NCBI RefSeq assembly: GCF_009914755.1
Contig: NC_060925.1
Strand: one strand, 5' to 3'
Length of the DNA stretch: 64,000 nucleotides
DNA from: the human T2T-CHM13v2.0 reference genome, Homo sapiens
Under the pieces are notes generated by a model. It was not told where the DNA came from. It did no database searches and was given only the letters and a program-made list of their open reading frames with translations. The stretch's first letter is position 1. Each line of letters begins with the position of its first letter. Shown one piece after another: positions 26,828-41,486 of the stretch. The position numbers were made by a program, and so were the translations under genes.

Positions 26828-27821
26828 GTGAGTTCGCAGCCGGAACGTTGCAGGCACTTGTTTCCTCAGTGGATGCCTTTCGGCGCGCCGCCGCCCGGCG
26901 CCGCGGGACTGGGAGACCGGGTAGGGACGGGAGAGTCGGCATCTCCCGCGCGTGTGGAGGGAAATCCGGGACCCCAGGCTTGAGAGAAGGGCCAGGACTG
27001 AGAACGGGGAACCAGGAGAGCCCTAAGGGCAGCCTTTAGGGACTGAGGAGGGAGGCACCGGGGACCCTGAGGCCAAAGAGGCCCTGAGACTGGAGGTTGC
27101 GGATGACACGGGGCAGAGTTGCATCTCGGAGGAAAGTAGTCATTCGTGGGGGCGTGTCCCGGGTCCTGGCGGATTGACTGAGAGGATGGCAGGAGATGGC
27201 AAAGGTTGGCTTCCAGGGAGAGGTTACAGAGGAGGGAGTCAGTCCTTCTCTGAGGGTCGTAGGTGAGAAGGACGTCTTGACCTAACGAACCAGAAAGATG
27301 ACCAGCCACCTATTGGATGCTGAACTCCTATTGCTTCATTTGCAATTCATGCAGTTTGTTTTTTGTTTTTAGAAATATATCCCGCTCCGCGCGTGTGGAT
27401 TTCGGGAAAATATTGTATATTCCTAGGGACCGCTCGAATTCTTGCTTCACCCAGATTCTGCGTGTCTTTGTCAAACTGATAGTAGTTGAGAGTTCTCTTC
27501 ACCCAAGGAAGACAACCAAAGTTTTCCTTTTGGACTCTTCTCTACCCTGCAGAGTTTAGCTTGTCTTATTTCCCTTGTCATGGGATGAACTAAATGCGTT
27601 CAGAATTATGGTGATAATCACATGGAAAGCCAGTGCTGTCAATGTTTGCAGTTTCAACTCATTGTTTTTCTGTCCAACTTTCTAACACATTTTTTCTAAA
27701 AGCTATTTTGTTGGGTTTAGTCTTTTAGTTTAACCAATAAAGGCAATTTTACATCAGGGTGCAGCAAATTACTAGCAGTTCTTAAGATTTTACTGTTCCT
27801 TTTTATTTCTGCTGTAAGGAA

Positions 27822-27844
27822 ATATATATATATATATATATATA
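27822..27844. repeat. (TA)n microsatellite
   Basis: About 11 TA units. Confidence 0.9.
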
Positions 27845-29915
27845 AATATTTGCCATTGTCAGTGTTTTTTAAAAATATTGATAACCCAAGATCTGTTGTT
27901 ACACGCACATTAGCACATTTAGTTTTCCCCAGTGGCCAGTGTTTGGTATGTGGGCTCATTATTATTACCAAAGGTAATTATTGATTTAGTTATTATTTAC
28001 CTTGCATTTATGTTTTATTGGATGTGATTAATATGTGCTTCCTAATCTACATAATATAGTGTTTCACTCAGTGTAATTACAAAGATTCTCCTAGCTTTTA
28101 AGTAGGTAGTAAGTGAATTGGATTTTTGCCACAAAGTGAGCAAGGTAGCTAGGAAGAATCATAACACTGTCACTGATGGAGGGTGAGATCTGATGATTGC
28201 TTTGCTTGTTTCAGGTGTTTCACATTTCAAATGTTAGAAGTTTTTGTTTTAAAAATTACTGTATTAGTACAGGTAACTTTTAGATCTGATTTGGTGGTCT
28301 GACTTGAACTAATTCAGGAAAACTAGAACATTTTATATTTATTGGTACTGCGATATCTTGCTAGCTTATAAATTCTTGATGGCCTTGAATATCTGTGCTT
28401 GAGTGAAATACACAGTTATAACGTCCTTATGTTTAGGAGGACTGCTGATATTTACAAGTGTAAAGCAAGGCCTAAACATAAACAGTGCCTTAACATGTAA
28501 ATGAGCATATTGAATAAGTTTTCAAATTACAAAATGAAGAGATAACACTGATCTCTAAAGTAATTGAATTAACTGCCATGTTAATTTCTGTATATGTCTC
28601 AATTTAATCTTATTTGTTTAAGTAGACAATATTGTTTATCTGATAAGACTTGATTTTATTTTTCTTCCGCCTTTTCCCATGGTTTTTGAGAAATAAAGCA
28701 CTTGAGAAAGCATGCAAGTCTTTAGACATTAGTTCATGGTTGGAGGAAGTGCTCGTTGTTGAAACACAAGAGCACTTGCCCTCTTGGGCAAGTTGGGCTA
28801 GCTATATATATGAATGGTATGTTGAGGTTGGATTGCCCTGTATTCCGGAAAATCTTTGGAATTGTATTCTTTCTTCTAATTGTTTAGTAAATTTAGCTTT
28901 CTCTCTAGATAAATTATTTTTGTTATTCCGTAGGATTTAGATGTATTTTACAGTTTAACCAATAATGGCAGTTTTTGATTAAGTACAGCGAACTGCTGGC
29001 TATTTTATAGATTCACTATTTCTTTTTATTTCTGAAATATGTACAGTGTCTGTATTGGAAGAACTATCAAAATAGTGATAACCAAAACACTGTCTTCATA
29101 TACACATACATTTGTCTTCCTTAATCTCTAGTTTGTAAAATACGAAATAATTTGCTAAGTTGAGCTCGTTGCTTCTATGCCCTTTGGTTATCAATTTTCT
29201 GATTATATAGTACGTTCTCAATTATCGGCATACTCTAGTTAGAAAGCCATTTCCTGCCACTTGATAGAATCAAGAATATTTGTTACAATGGGGAAGTACA
29301 GTTTTTGGATGAGGAGCTACGAAAGACTGCTGATCTGTTAACTTAAGGTCCAGCTGCTGCACTGCCTCTGATGAAAAGCATGGCCCTTAATGAGGTTGAC
29401 TCACACAGGGTTGACTGCTTTTAGTAATACTTTCTGTCCTTTTCCTCTGGTGAGTTAGACCTTTTCTCCAATAGTGACCAAGATGACTTGGGCCTCAGAG
29501 TGACTCAAAAGGGGATGAATCACTGCAGTCCTGTTAGTAGGGCCCTGTCCATTCTGCTGAATCTGATCCCATAAATCTTGGCACATTTTCCAGCCTATAG
29601 GCATGTAGTTATGACTGTGAACCTCTTGTTTAGGTTATTGTTTTAAAAATACTTTTAATACTAAATCATAATTTGTTGGATTATATAAATAGACTCAGTT
29701 TTGCTTTGAGTGAGGCATCACATTACACTGTAGATGAACTTTTCTGTTAAAGTGATAGGCTATAACTCACAATGGCAAATATTGTAGAAAACACACTGAT
29801 TGCCCTTAACCTTTGTTGTTATTATTAGTTTTGTTTTTAATTTTGAGAGCCTAAGGAATAGAAGAACTATTGGATAAATGATTTGCATGGGGGGGTGGGG
29901 GAAGTTGACCACTAC

Positions 29916-30180
29916 CAGTGACATACTAGGGGTCTTGATGGTGGGAGCTGTCTGCTATAGTTGGAAAGAGTATTTTAGCACTGAGGTTTAGAATTGCCAG
30001 CTCCTGGTGATAATACAGCAGAAAGACTTTTAGTTGTTATTATAGTTTTTGAATACCACACAGATGATGCACTCCTTTGTTACCTGGAGAGGGCTGGGAG
30101 GGGAATCCCTCCCACCTCTTGTGTGAATGACCTGGTGGAGCCTCCCACCTCTTGTGTGAATGACCTGGTGGAGCCTCTTG
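29916..30180. mobile_element. MER97-like hAT DNA transposon remnant
   Basis: Starts 'cagtgacatactagggg'; 'gagtattttagcactga..tttagaattgccag..ggtgataata..gacttttagt' matches the recalled MER97 consensus. Confidence 0.55.
30108..30177. repeat. Perfect 33-bp tandem duplication
   Basis: cctcccacctcttgtgtgaatgacctggtggag at 30108-30140 and 30141-30173, followed by cctc. Confidence 0.97.
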
Positions 30181-30209
30181 AAGCAAAATAGTACCAGTTT
30201 GATTTTCAC

Positions 30210-30623
30210 TGTGTTAGTGTATAATTATGGTTCTCCGGAGAAACAGACCAATATCACATATATATGTGTATTTTTAAAAGAGATTTATTTTAAGAAATTG
30301 GCTCATGCAGTTGTGGGAGTTGGCAAGTACAAAATTTGTAGGTCAGACCAGCAGGCTGGAAATTTAGGCAGGAGTTGATTCTGTAGTTTTGAGGCAGAAT
30401 TCTTTCTTCTTTGGGAAACCTCAGGTTTTGCTCTTAAGGCCTTCAGCTGATTAGATGAGTCCTACCAACATTACGGAAGGTAATCTCCTTTACTTAAGGT
30501 CAACTGATTGTAGACATTAACTACATCTACAAAATATGTTTATAGCAACACCTAAATTGGTGTTTGATTAAATACCTGGGTGCTATAACCTAACCATGTT
30601 GACACATAAGGCTAACCATGACA
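30210..30623 (-). mobile_element. MLT2 (ERVL) LTR
   Basis: 'ggttctccggagaaacagaccaat', 'gagatttattttaagaaattggctcatgcagttgtgg', ending 'gttgacacataaggctaaccatgaca'. Confidence 0.8.
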
Positions 30624-30696
30624 GCATTTAAAATACTTTTGCTGTATTAAACTAATATGTGGCGTGTAAAATGTTGCATAGTCAATAGGAGAATAT

Positions 30697-31092
30697 TGAT
30701 ATGGTTTGGCTCTGTGTCCCCACCCAAATCTCATGTCGAATTGTAATTCTCAGTGTTAGAGGTGGAGTCTGGTGGTAGGTGATTGGATCATGGAGGTGGT
30801 TTCTAATGGTTTAGCACCATCCCTCTAGTGTTGTCTCATGATAGAGTTCTCACAAAATCTGGTTGTTTAAAAGTGTGTCCCACCTGCCCCTGTGCTCGTC
30901 GTTTCTCCTGCTCCAGCCATGTAGGACACACTGGTTTCCTCTTCGCCTTCTGCAATGATTGTAAGTTTCCTGAGGCTTCCCCAGCTATGCTTCCTGTACA
31001 GCCTGTGGAATTGTGAGCCAATTAAACCTCTTTTCTTTATAAATTACCCATTCAGGTAGTTCTTTATAGCTGTGTGAGAATGGACTAATAAA
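30697..31092 (+). mobile_element. MSTB-type MaLR solo LTR
   Basis: 'tgatatggtttggctctgtgtccccacccaaatctcatgtcgaattg' to 'gagaatggactaata'; TSD aatat/agtat. Confidence 0.85.
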
Positions 31093-31242
31093 AGTATCAA
31101 AATTCATAGCCCAGTTACTTTTTAAGGGATTTAAAAACAGTGAAAATCTGGGTTTTCATTATGTCAAAGAATGGAAAATGGACAATTTAATGGCCCCTCC
31201 ACTCTCTGACATTTAAAAGTTACTCTTTTTTTGTGGTTTTAA

Positions 31243-31585
<343 letters not shown>

Positions 31586-33164
31586 ATATGTTGTATATAT
31601 ATTTTTAATTTAAGGTGTTTAAAATTTTTTTTTAATTTTGTAACTATATTTTTAAAGTTTATGCTCTTGTTAATCTTTTTGCTTAAATATTTAGATCTGG
31701 GAATTAGTTTTGTGCTTATTTAGCCTGATTCCTTTCATTTATGTTCACCAAAAGGGTCCCAGAAAGGTGTAGTGATTTACCCAGTTACCATAGCTAGTAG
31801 AAGAACCAGAATTTGAGGCCAGATCTCCTTGTTTTCAATCCAGTGCCCTTTCAGCTACAAAAGTAGTTATAGTTAAGTGAAGCTAATCAAGGGCAGATTT
31901 TCTGTAAGGAGGGTGATTTTGAGTGTCTATTTAAGGGAGTATGAGTTGATTGTTACGAGAATGGAGGTGGTATTCGGGCTATTCAGTTACATTAGGGGAA
32001 GGATGAGCAGAGAGTAGATATATCATAAAATATCTAACTACGTAACTACTTGGGGCACATAGTGACGTGTGATACCCATGGGGCTTGAAAGGATTTTGCA
32101 AGTTAGCACAAGCTAGCCATTGGGTGATTCACAGGGGATATTTGAAAAGACCTTAAGGATAGGGAACACATGGACCAAGAGAAGTTACTGAGAGGGCTTC
32201 CTTTCTGGAGGAAGTTAAAGATAGAAAAGCATGGTGCTTTTGGAACCCAAGTGCTTGGAAACCCTCCAGAAGAGAATTTTAAGGACTCCTTGGGGGATAG
32301 AACATTATAGGACATAAATGGATATTCTAGAAGCTTGCCAGGTTTCAGGCATGAATTTGAGCTGAATTATGGTAATAATAATAATTGTCATTTGTTGCTC
32401 ACTTGCAGCCTCAGCACAGTTAGAAGAAACCTTAGGCAAGTTACTGAACTTTATGCTTTACCTGCAAAATATGCATAGTAATACCTACCGTACATAGTCA
32501 TTATAGGAAATACAAGATAATGTACATAATGTGCTTAGCATAATGCCTGCCACATAGTACTCAAGAAATTGTAGCATTTATTTTACTGTATCATGCAGGC
32601 TGGCTGAGGGTGTTACTAGAAGACATCACTAGAATGAGATCCCTTTTTTCTCCTACAGCTTTATGTTACTCCCACAGGTCTTTTTTATTTTTATTTTTTT
32701 AAACTTATTTTATTTTATTTTTTGTGACTCCAGAAATATGCTTATCCATCCCACGGGTCTTTGGCATGCTTTTGCCTTCAAGTTTATCATTTCTAAGCAG
32801 GTGCATGTCTCTGGCCATATGTAGAGTACTTCTCTACCTCTGTAATCAGCAGGCCTGTTGTTTTTGAATGAACAATGCACCTTTTGGCTGTATTTCATTG
32901 CAGATTCCATCTCTTCAAACTGAAGTGATGTTCTTAACTACAGTGCTGTCTCCAATTAATTCAGATGGGGTTGGGAAGAGGAATGGAAAGCACAAGCATG
33001 TGAAGTAACTTTTCTATTTAAAGGGTTCTTCCCTTCAGGTTTTGAGTAAACAACTATTTGAATAGAAATAAACTATTTTGACAGATGCCAGCTCCAAAGA
33101 TAATTGGTTACAAAAGACATTTTCTGGGATGATGCATCATAAGATATGAAAGCACTTAGGAATG

Positions 33165-33860
<696 letters not shown>

Positions 33861-34782
33861 GGATTGAATGACATATTTGTGCTCAAGATCCAGTAGTGAG
33901 ATTACTAGGTAGTAGGCATAGAGTATCTGCCTTAACTTTGTAGTGTAATTCTTTCTGAACCAGACCTGGAAACCATTTCACTTGTGTTCAGAAGGTTGGT
34001 AGAATTTGCATTTGACTCAGAGTGACATGGTGTGTTTAGCTATCATTCTCAGGAGCCTTTGCAGTGCTTGAAGATTTATTAGGAAGGGTTCTTTCTGGAA
34101 CCCTTTAAGCTTGACAAGAACCTCTTTATATCATTTTGTATGCTAGGTTTTAAAATTAAGTTGAGAAATTTATGTATTTCTACATTTATAAGCAGAAAGA
34201 GTTTAGCAAAGCTTGACAGAGGCTTTTGAGGGAAGAAGTAAGTTTGAATGCTTTTCCTGTAATTCCAACTGTTTTTTAAAGATGTAATTATATAAACATT
34301 GAATTTTCAATGATAATGATTTTCATAAATGATTTAATACAATTTGATCATGAGCTAGAACAGCTTCATATATCCAGGCCTCAGTGTTTCAAATTATAAG
34401 GTTTTCTGTTTTACAATTCTACAGTTGATAAGTTTTGGTAATCTACAGCAGCATTTGATTTTCAGTGAGACATGCTGGCAAATTATTGCCTCTAAAATAT
34501 CAGAGTGAGTGGTGTGATCATTATATTTGTTCCATAGCCTTTGCTGCACACCTTCTTAAAATCTCCTCCTTTTCCCTGCTCTGTTACTTTCTCCTTGGAT
34601 AATGATGCTTTCTCATCTCCTAAGTGTCCATGCATTAAAATCATCAATTTCTCTTTCTTTTGTCCCTTAACCTCTCTCCCAAAGGAAATCTGCTTCTCTC
34701 GTAACTGTTAGCTAGTCTGAATTGTCTGAGTTAATTCAGAATAAATTGTGGAATGACTGATAGACCTAATTCCAAATTACAT

Positions 34783-35445
34783 CAGGATGCAGAGAAAAGG
34801 GAACACTTGTACACTGTTGGTGGGAATATAAATTAGTACAAATTATTTGGAAGACAATATGGAGATTTCTCAGAGAACAAACAGTAGAACTACCATTTGA
34901 TTCAGCAATCCCACTACTGAGTATGTACGCAAAGGAAAATTAATCATTATATCAGAAAGATACCTGAACTCAATATGTTTATTGCAGCACTGTTGACAAC
35001 AGCAAAGATACGGAATCAACCTAAGCATCCATCATGGATGACTAGATAAAGAAAATGTGGTGTACACACAACACACACACACGAATACTGTGCAGCTTAA
35101 AAAAGAATGCAGTCATGTCTTTTGCAGCAACATAGATGGAACTGGAGGGCATTATCTTAAGAGAAATAACTTAGAAAGTCAAATACTACATGTTCTCACT
35201 TATAAGTGCTAAATAACATGTACACATGGAAGCAGAATGTAGAGTAATAGTCATTAAAGACTGGAAAGGGTGGGAGAGGGTGAGGGATGAGAAATTGTAA
35301 ATGGGTACAACATACATTCTTTGGGTGATGGTTACACAAGAGGCCAGATTTCACCATTACACAATATATCCATGTAACAAAACTGCACTTGGACCCCTTA
35401 AATTTATGCAAATAAATAAAAATAAATAAGTAAAAAGCAAAAAAG
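34783..35445 (+). mobile_element. L1 (L1PB/L1MA-type) 3' end
   Basis: 'aggatgcagagaaaagggaacacttgtacactgttggtgggaat' to an A-rich tail. Confidence 0.9.
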
Positions 35446-37242
35446 TATATGTGTTTTGAAGTGAAGCTTGTAAAACTAAAAAGTCCTGTTCACCCAAAGA
35501 ATTAGCAAAGTGTTTTAATATATGTAGATTGCTTCCTTGTTTACGTTGTTGCTTCAGATTTCTTTCTTTCCTTTTTTTTTTTTTTTTCGGACTCCTAGTA
35601 TCTGAGAACATATTTCTTCCCTATAGGAGTTGAGAAGAGGAGGAAGAATAATGGGAGGAGACAGGACCTTTTTCAACTTGACAAATAGGTATAGCTACTT
35701 CTCATACGTTTTTTCTCCCTCCAGGTCCTCAGTAATCTCATTACATTTTTTTGTTTGTTTATTTAAATACTCTGATGACATATTATATGCCTTAGTTGCA
35801 GTTTCCCATCTCCCAACTTGTTATAAGATAAATACTTCTAATTTATATATTAAGTTACATATTAATTTGTGAAACTTATTTTACCTTGTTTTTCAGAACA
35901 GTAATAAGTTTTATTAACATGATAAATTTTTTTCCACCAAAGAGGAAAAGTTACCAGTAAATGTGTCCTACTTGTTGAAAATGCCTCTAATGATACTGGC
36001 CTCTATTTATTGATCATATATGCCAGACACTGCAGTGAGCATTTAATATATTATTCATTTCTTACAACAACCCTTATATAAGGTAGATGTTTATATTTCA
36101 CTTTTGGAGAGATTAATTTGTCTAAGCTTGTGCTACCTGTAAATGGTGGAGCTTATTTTAAAGCCCTTCTGCTTTTGCTTATACACTGTTTTCTTCTACA
36201 TTTCAAAAGCACCTTAAATGATTTGGTGCTGATACTTGAAGTACTTTTTAGAGAGAGTTAGCAGCATGTTGATTCTACATTTTTTTGTATATCTTCATAC
36301 TCCTAAAAGTGTTTTATTTTCCATTTGTTCCACTTTAAGTATTTGTTAAATGTAATTCTTTTTTTTTTTCCAGGATGGTACCATAATTAATGTAGCATCT
36401 AGCATAGTTGAAAGTAGCAGATACTTTAAAAATATTTGCTGCATCAATTCAAAAGAATAACGAAAGGAGAGGTGGCAGTTAATGGTGGGGGGCTATTCAC
36501 ATAAAAATTCATTTCTGTTGGAATGTGAGGCTGGAACCTTTCTCATATTACAGCATGCTGCAGGGCAGGGCTAGAATCCAAGCTTTGATTAAAATCACCC
36601 AAACTCTTTTTTCTTTGCTTTACAACCACAAGTTATTGCCAGCTGAAAAGGATAATGGAGGGTAATGATGAATGCGTTTCCATCTGCCGCTACTGCAAAA
36701 AAAATTTTTTAGACAGTTTCATTCTTTTTAAACCTAGATAAAAAGGCTGTTTTGAAATGAAGAGTAAATTAGTGGCCACCAAATGAGTAGTTATTAGATT
36801 GTTGCCCTAGAAGCCTGTTCAGGTGATGCTGAGGGTGGTTGCTGCCAGTTAACAGTTCGGTCTCAAATAGTCTCTCCCCAGGGATGGGGAATGTGGGGGG
36901 GCAGTGGTGGGGGATGGTGGGGGTGGTATAAGAATTCAAGCATTCTTGAGAGTCTTTCTTTTTCATTCCCAACTGTAGGTTTTAGACATGTGTGTTACTT
37001 TCCCAGAAACTGCCTAGATTTTCATAGGCTGTCAAGGTCAAATATATTGATTTAGCCATTTCATAATATATATGTATATGAAAACATGTTGTATACCATA
37101 AATATATACAATTTTTATCTGTCAATAAATTTTAGAAAAGAAAGTCAAATGCAAACTGAACTTTAATAATTTTATGCAGTAGATCCTTTTTTAACTCACT
37201 GGAACCTGAGAGAACTAAGCCATTTGGAATAACCTGTTTCTC

Positions 37243-37564
<322 letters not shown>

Positions 37565-37646
37565 TAATACATTGTTAACCCAGCCTCCTCACCCCCTCAG
37601 CAGTTAAACTATGTGTGGGGCAGATTGAATTGCTGTGCTTACCAAA

Positions 37647-37965
<319 letters not shown>

Positions 37966-38100
37966 TAGTTGATTATTCCTCATGGTTGCTCCTCCAGATG
38001 ACTTCAGCAGCAGTGTAGTGTAGAAATATTCCATTAGTCCTTTAAGACTGTAACCTGATTATTAGTAATTAGAGCTCTGGGCTCAATTGCAGATTTGTAG

Positions 38101-38433
<333 letters not shown>

Positions 38434-39171
38434 ACACTTTAAGAATTTTTTAATGATTTGTGGTTGTTTGGTATTGGTCTTTACATTATTATATATCTGC
38501 TGAATGCTGTGTGATGGATATTAAAATTATCCACTCCTATCAGGGAGCTACTAACTAAAATGTAATTTCTTTAACCGTTGAATTTGGACAATCTGACTTC
38601 AGAGTTTTAGCTCTTAACTCCTTTACTATAAAGCTGATGCCTCCTGTTTCATAAATAATACAGCCCCTATTTAAGATTTCTACATATAACATTCCCCCAT
38701 GTTATTTTCTATTAGAGTATGTGTATATATTGCAAGGTTTTCCATTTCTATTCTAATAAAACTTTCATCTTTAGTTTTAGTGGTTGTCAGTTGGTTTCTC
38801 ACAAGACGTTTTCTGCCTTTAGCATTTTTATTTCAGGTAAAAGGATTATGTCACCTTGATGAGTTCTTGGCATATATGCTGTAAAGTTAGTCTTCTGTAC
38901 CGGTAGAGACAAACAGTTAAAGCATGTACAGTACTTCTTTTGGATTATATTATAATTTGAGGAACAGATTTGCCATTTGAAGTTTGTCTTAGATACATAA
39001 TTTTTATTCTGTAAATGTACAGATGGTGGAATTCTGGAAACATCCTGTGTTGAAGAGAAAAATTCCACTCAGAATTTAAAATTGGCCTTGGAGAATTATA
39101 AAAAGGGGTAGGGGCATGGATCATCCATATGTGGGTTATTGAATTAAATTTTTCACTTTTTTTGTTCTTAG

Positions 39172-39345
39172 AGTCAACTTTTATAACACTGTTACTGGGA
39201 ATACTTGACTTACTAAGCTTTTACTGAACACTTTAATTTTGGGAGTACAATTTCTAAACTCACGAAATAATCTTCATGCAACAAGATGTTATTTTATCAA
39301 ATTTTGGTATTACATGCTCATTCTTTGACAAATTTTAATTAACAG
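39172..39345 (+). other. Probable exon 2 (174 nt, 5' UTR-like, carries uORFs)
   Basis: Acceptor 'tttttcactttttttgttcttag|' and perfect donor CAG|GTAAGT in unique sequence; no reading frame crosses it. Confidence 0.7.
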
Positions 39346-41190
39346 GTAAGTTATACATCTTTAAATTTATATAATTAATAATCATTTTTTATTTCTAGAA
39401 CTGAGGTCAGGGGTAGTTAGCTATCTAAAAAGCAACAACTGGGTTTTATTTTATATGCATTGTTAATCGTGGCATTTTGCTGTGGAAGGGGCATTTGCAT
39501 TAGATTTAACTTAATCTTGTGAAAATCTAAACATATTTAAGCAAAGTTTAGGGAAAATAAACTTGAGATACTACATATAATTTGATTTAGAAGCTTTTTA
39601 ATCCTGAATAAGGAAGGAATACACAGAAAGTCAAGGAAAAATTCTATGTAATAGTTGTGATACTCAAGCTGAAAATAGTCTGATCCAGCAGCCTAAAAGA
39701 ATGACCTCCTCACTGGTTGAGCATACTTCAGTGTCATGAAATGAAGAGGATGGGAAAAGGTGTCTGTGCATCTTTGTTTGAAGACTGTACTAGGTATAGT
39801 GTACTTGCATGTTAACTCAAATACTAGGCTAAAAAGTTTGTATTATTATTCCTCTTTTAAAGATGAGGAAACTGAAATTTTAAAAGCAGGTGACTTGTCT
39901 GTGGTTAGAAGAAATATATGCAGAATTGTGATTTATGCCCAGAATATCTGACTCCAAGACCTAAATTCTTTCTGCCATATCATATGCTTTCTACTTATCT
40001 TTTGTTTGTTTGTTTTTTATTCCATTTTCCCCCCTTTGAACTGTGTTGGAAGTTTTCTGTTCTATTTCTTTTTTTCTCTATGGTTACCGTAGAAATGTTA
40101 ATATGCATACTTAACAAAGTCTAAATAAATGTAAATGCAATCTTTATCCTTCTCCTGAACCTCCTTCTGATAAGAACTATTTTTATCAGACATTATAGTT
40201 TTGGGACTTGATCTTTCAGCCCCAGAAATAACAGTGTTTATATTTACCCATATGCATTTAACCTTTTTTCCCTTGACCATTCCTTCATGTGTATCGATTG
40301 TAAGCTGAAATGTTTTTTAATTTACTCCCTCAGGAGCTTTATGTGAGATGGTCTTTGCTCAGGCTCTCCATTTCGTACAGGCCCTCAAGTTTTGCTGCCT
40401 ATTACCCTATTTTCTATAGCTCCCCTCCCCATCAGGTTCATTCCACCAGGAATATGTAGATTCCCCAGGGGCACATTCGCTTTAGCACTAACTCACCTCT
40501 CTAGACTTGTACTTTTTAAAAAATTATTTCTGCCCTTGGAGCATTTCTCTTACTTTATTGTTGGCTCTTCTATACATTAAAAAAAAATTTTAAGTACTTA
40601 AATACAACAATTTTTGGTGATCTCCAGCCATGGGGCTGCATTGCCAGAAATAAAAGTCCACATTGTCATTGTGCTTCATGGGAGTATTTTGTATTGAACA
40701 TGTGGGCTGGGGGATGGGTAGAGGATGTTTTTAAATTTATTTTAAAATAAGTTCCTAGAAACTGATGAAACTCTTTCATTTAGAGTCATAAGAAATAAAC
40801 TATTTGTTTGATGAAGAAGCAACAGAGGACTTCCAAAAAGCACTTTTGAAAACTCCCCTTACTGAAGGTTTATATTAACTGCCCTCTAGAGGAAGAAAAA
40901 AATCTGAGAAAGATCTTTTAATAGGACATTAAGTATTGTTTTCCCTTGCACCTTTTTCTAAGATAAACAAGAACCAAGGATTACTTGCTCTGTGCATGGG
41001 ATGCCATGTTGTAAAGTTTAGGTAGCAGATGCTCTAAGAAAATTTATAACATTAAGGCTGAAATTACCATGAAAATGCCAAAACATCTTTGTATTGGAAT
41101 TTTACAAAATTTGTTCTTAGGACTTAACTTCTTAAAACGTATCAGTTTTCAAAGAGATGGTAACTTTACTTCATCAGTTCTCTTTGAATG

Positions 41191-41486
41191 TTTTTTTTTT
41201 TTTCATGAGATAGAGTCCTACTCTGTTGCCCAGGCTGGAGTGCAGTGGCACGATCTCGGCTCACTGCAACCTCTGCCTTCCCAGGTTCTAGCGATTCTTC
41301 TGCCTCTTGAGTAGCTGGGATTACAGGCGTGCACCACCATGCCTGGCTAATTTTTTGTATTTTTAGTAGAGATGGGGGTCTCACCATGTTGGCCAGCCTG
41401 GTCTTGAACTCCTGACCTCAGGTGAGCCACCCACCTCAGCCTTCCAAAGTGCTAGGATTACAGGCATTAGCTACTGTGCCCAGCCA
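41191..41486 (-). mobile_element. AluS
   Basis: Reverse Alu with poly-T. Confidence 0.93.

Larger units (their letters stand above)
26560..27470. promoter_or_regulatory. CpG island promoter (core ~26560-27000)
   Basis: Sharp rise in GC and CpG density; E2F TTTGGCGC 26584-26591, GC box GGGGCGGG 26740-26747, ETS ACTTCCGGT 26748-26756 and GGCGGAAG 26782-26789; no TATA box. Confidence 0.93.

Noticed and set aside
26436-27309. 168, 189 and 147 aa ORFs over the promoter
   Set aside because: Stop-poor CpG-island artefacts with Arg/Pro/Gly/Ala low complexity that run across the splice donor.
30108-30177. 33-bp direct repeats as a CRISPR-like array
   Set aside because: Two abutting copies with no spacer in eukaryotic DNA; a simple tandem duplication.
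36350-36420. Strong-looking acceptor tttttttttttccag| (similar ones near 32658, 35897 and 42849)
   Set aside because: No convincing donor at exon distance; such tracts are common in AT-rich introns.
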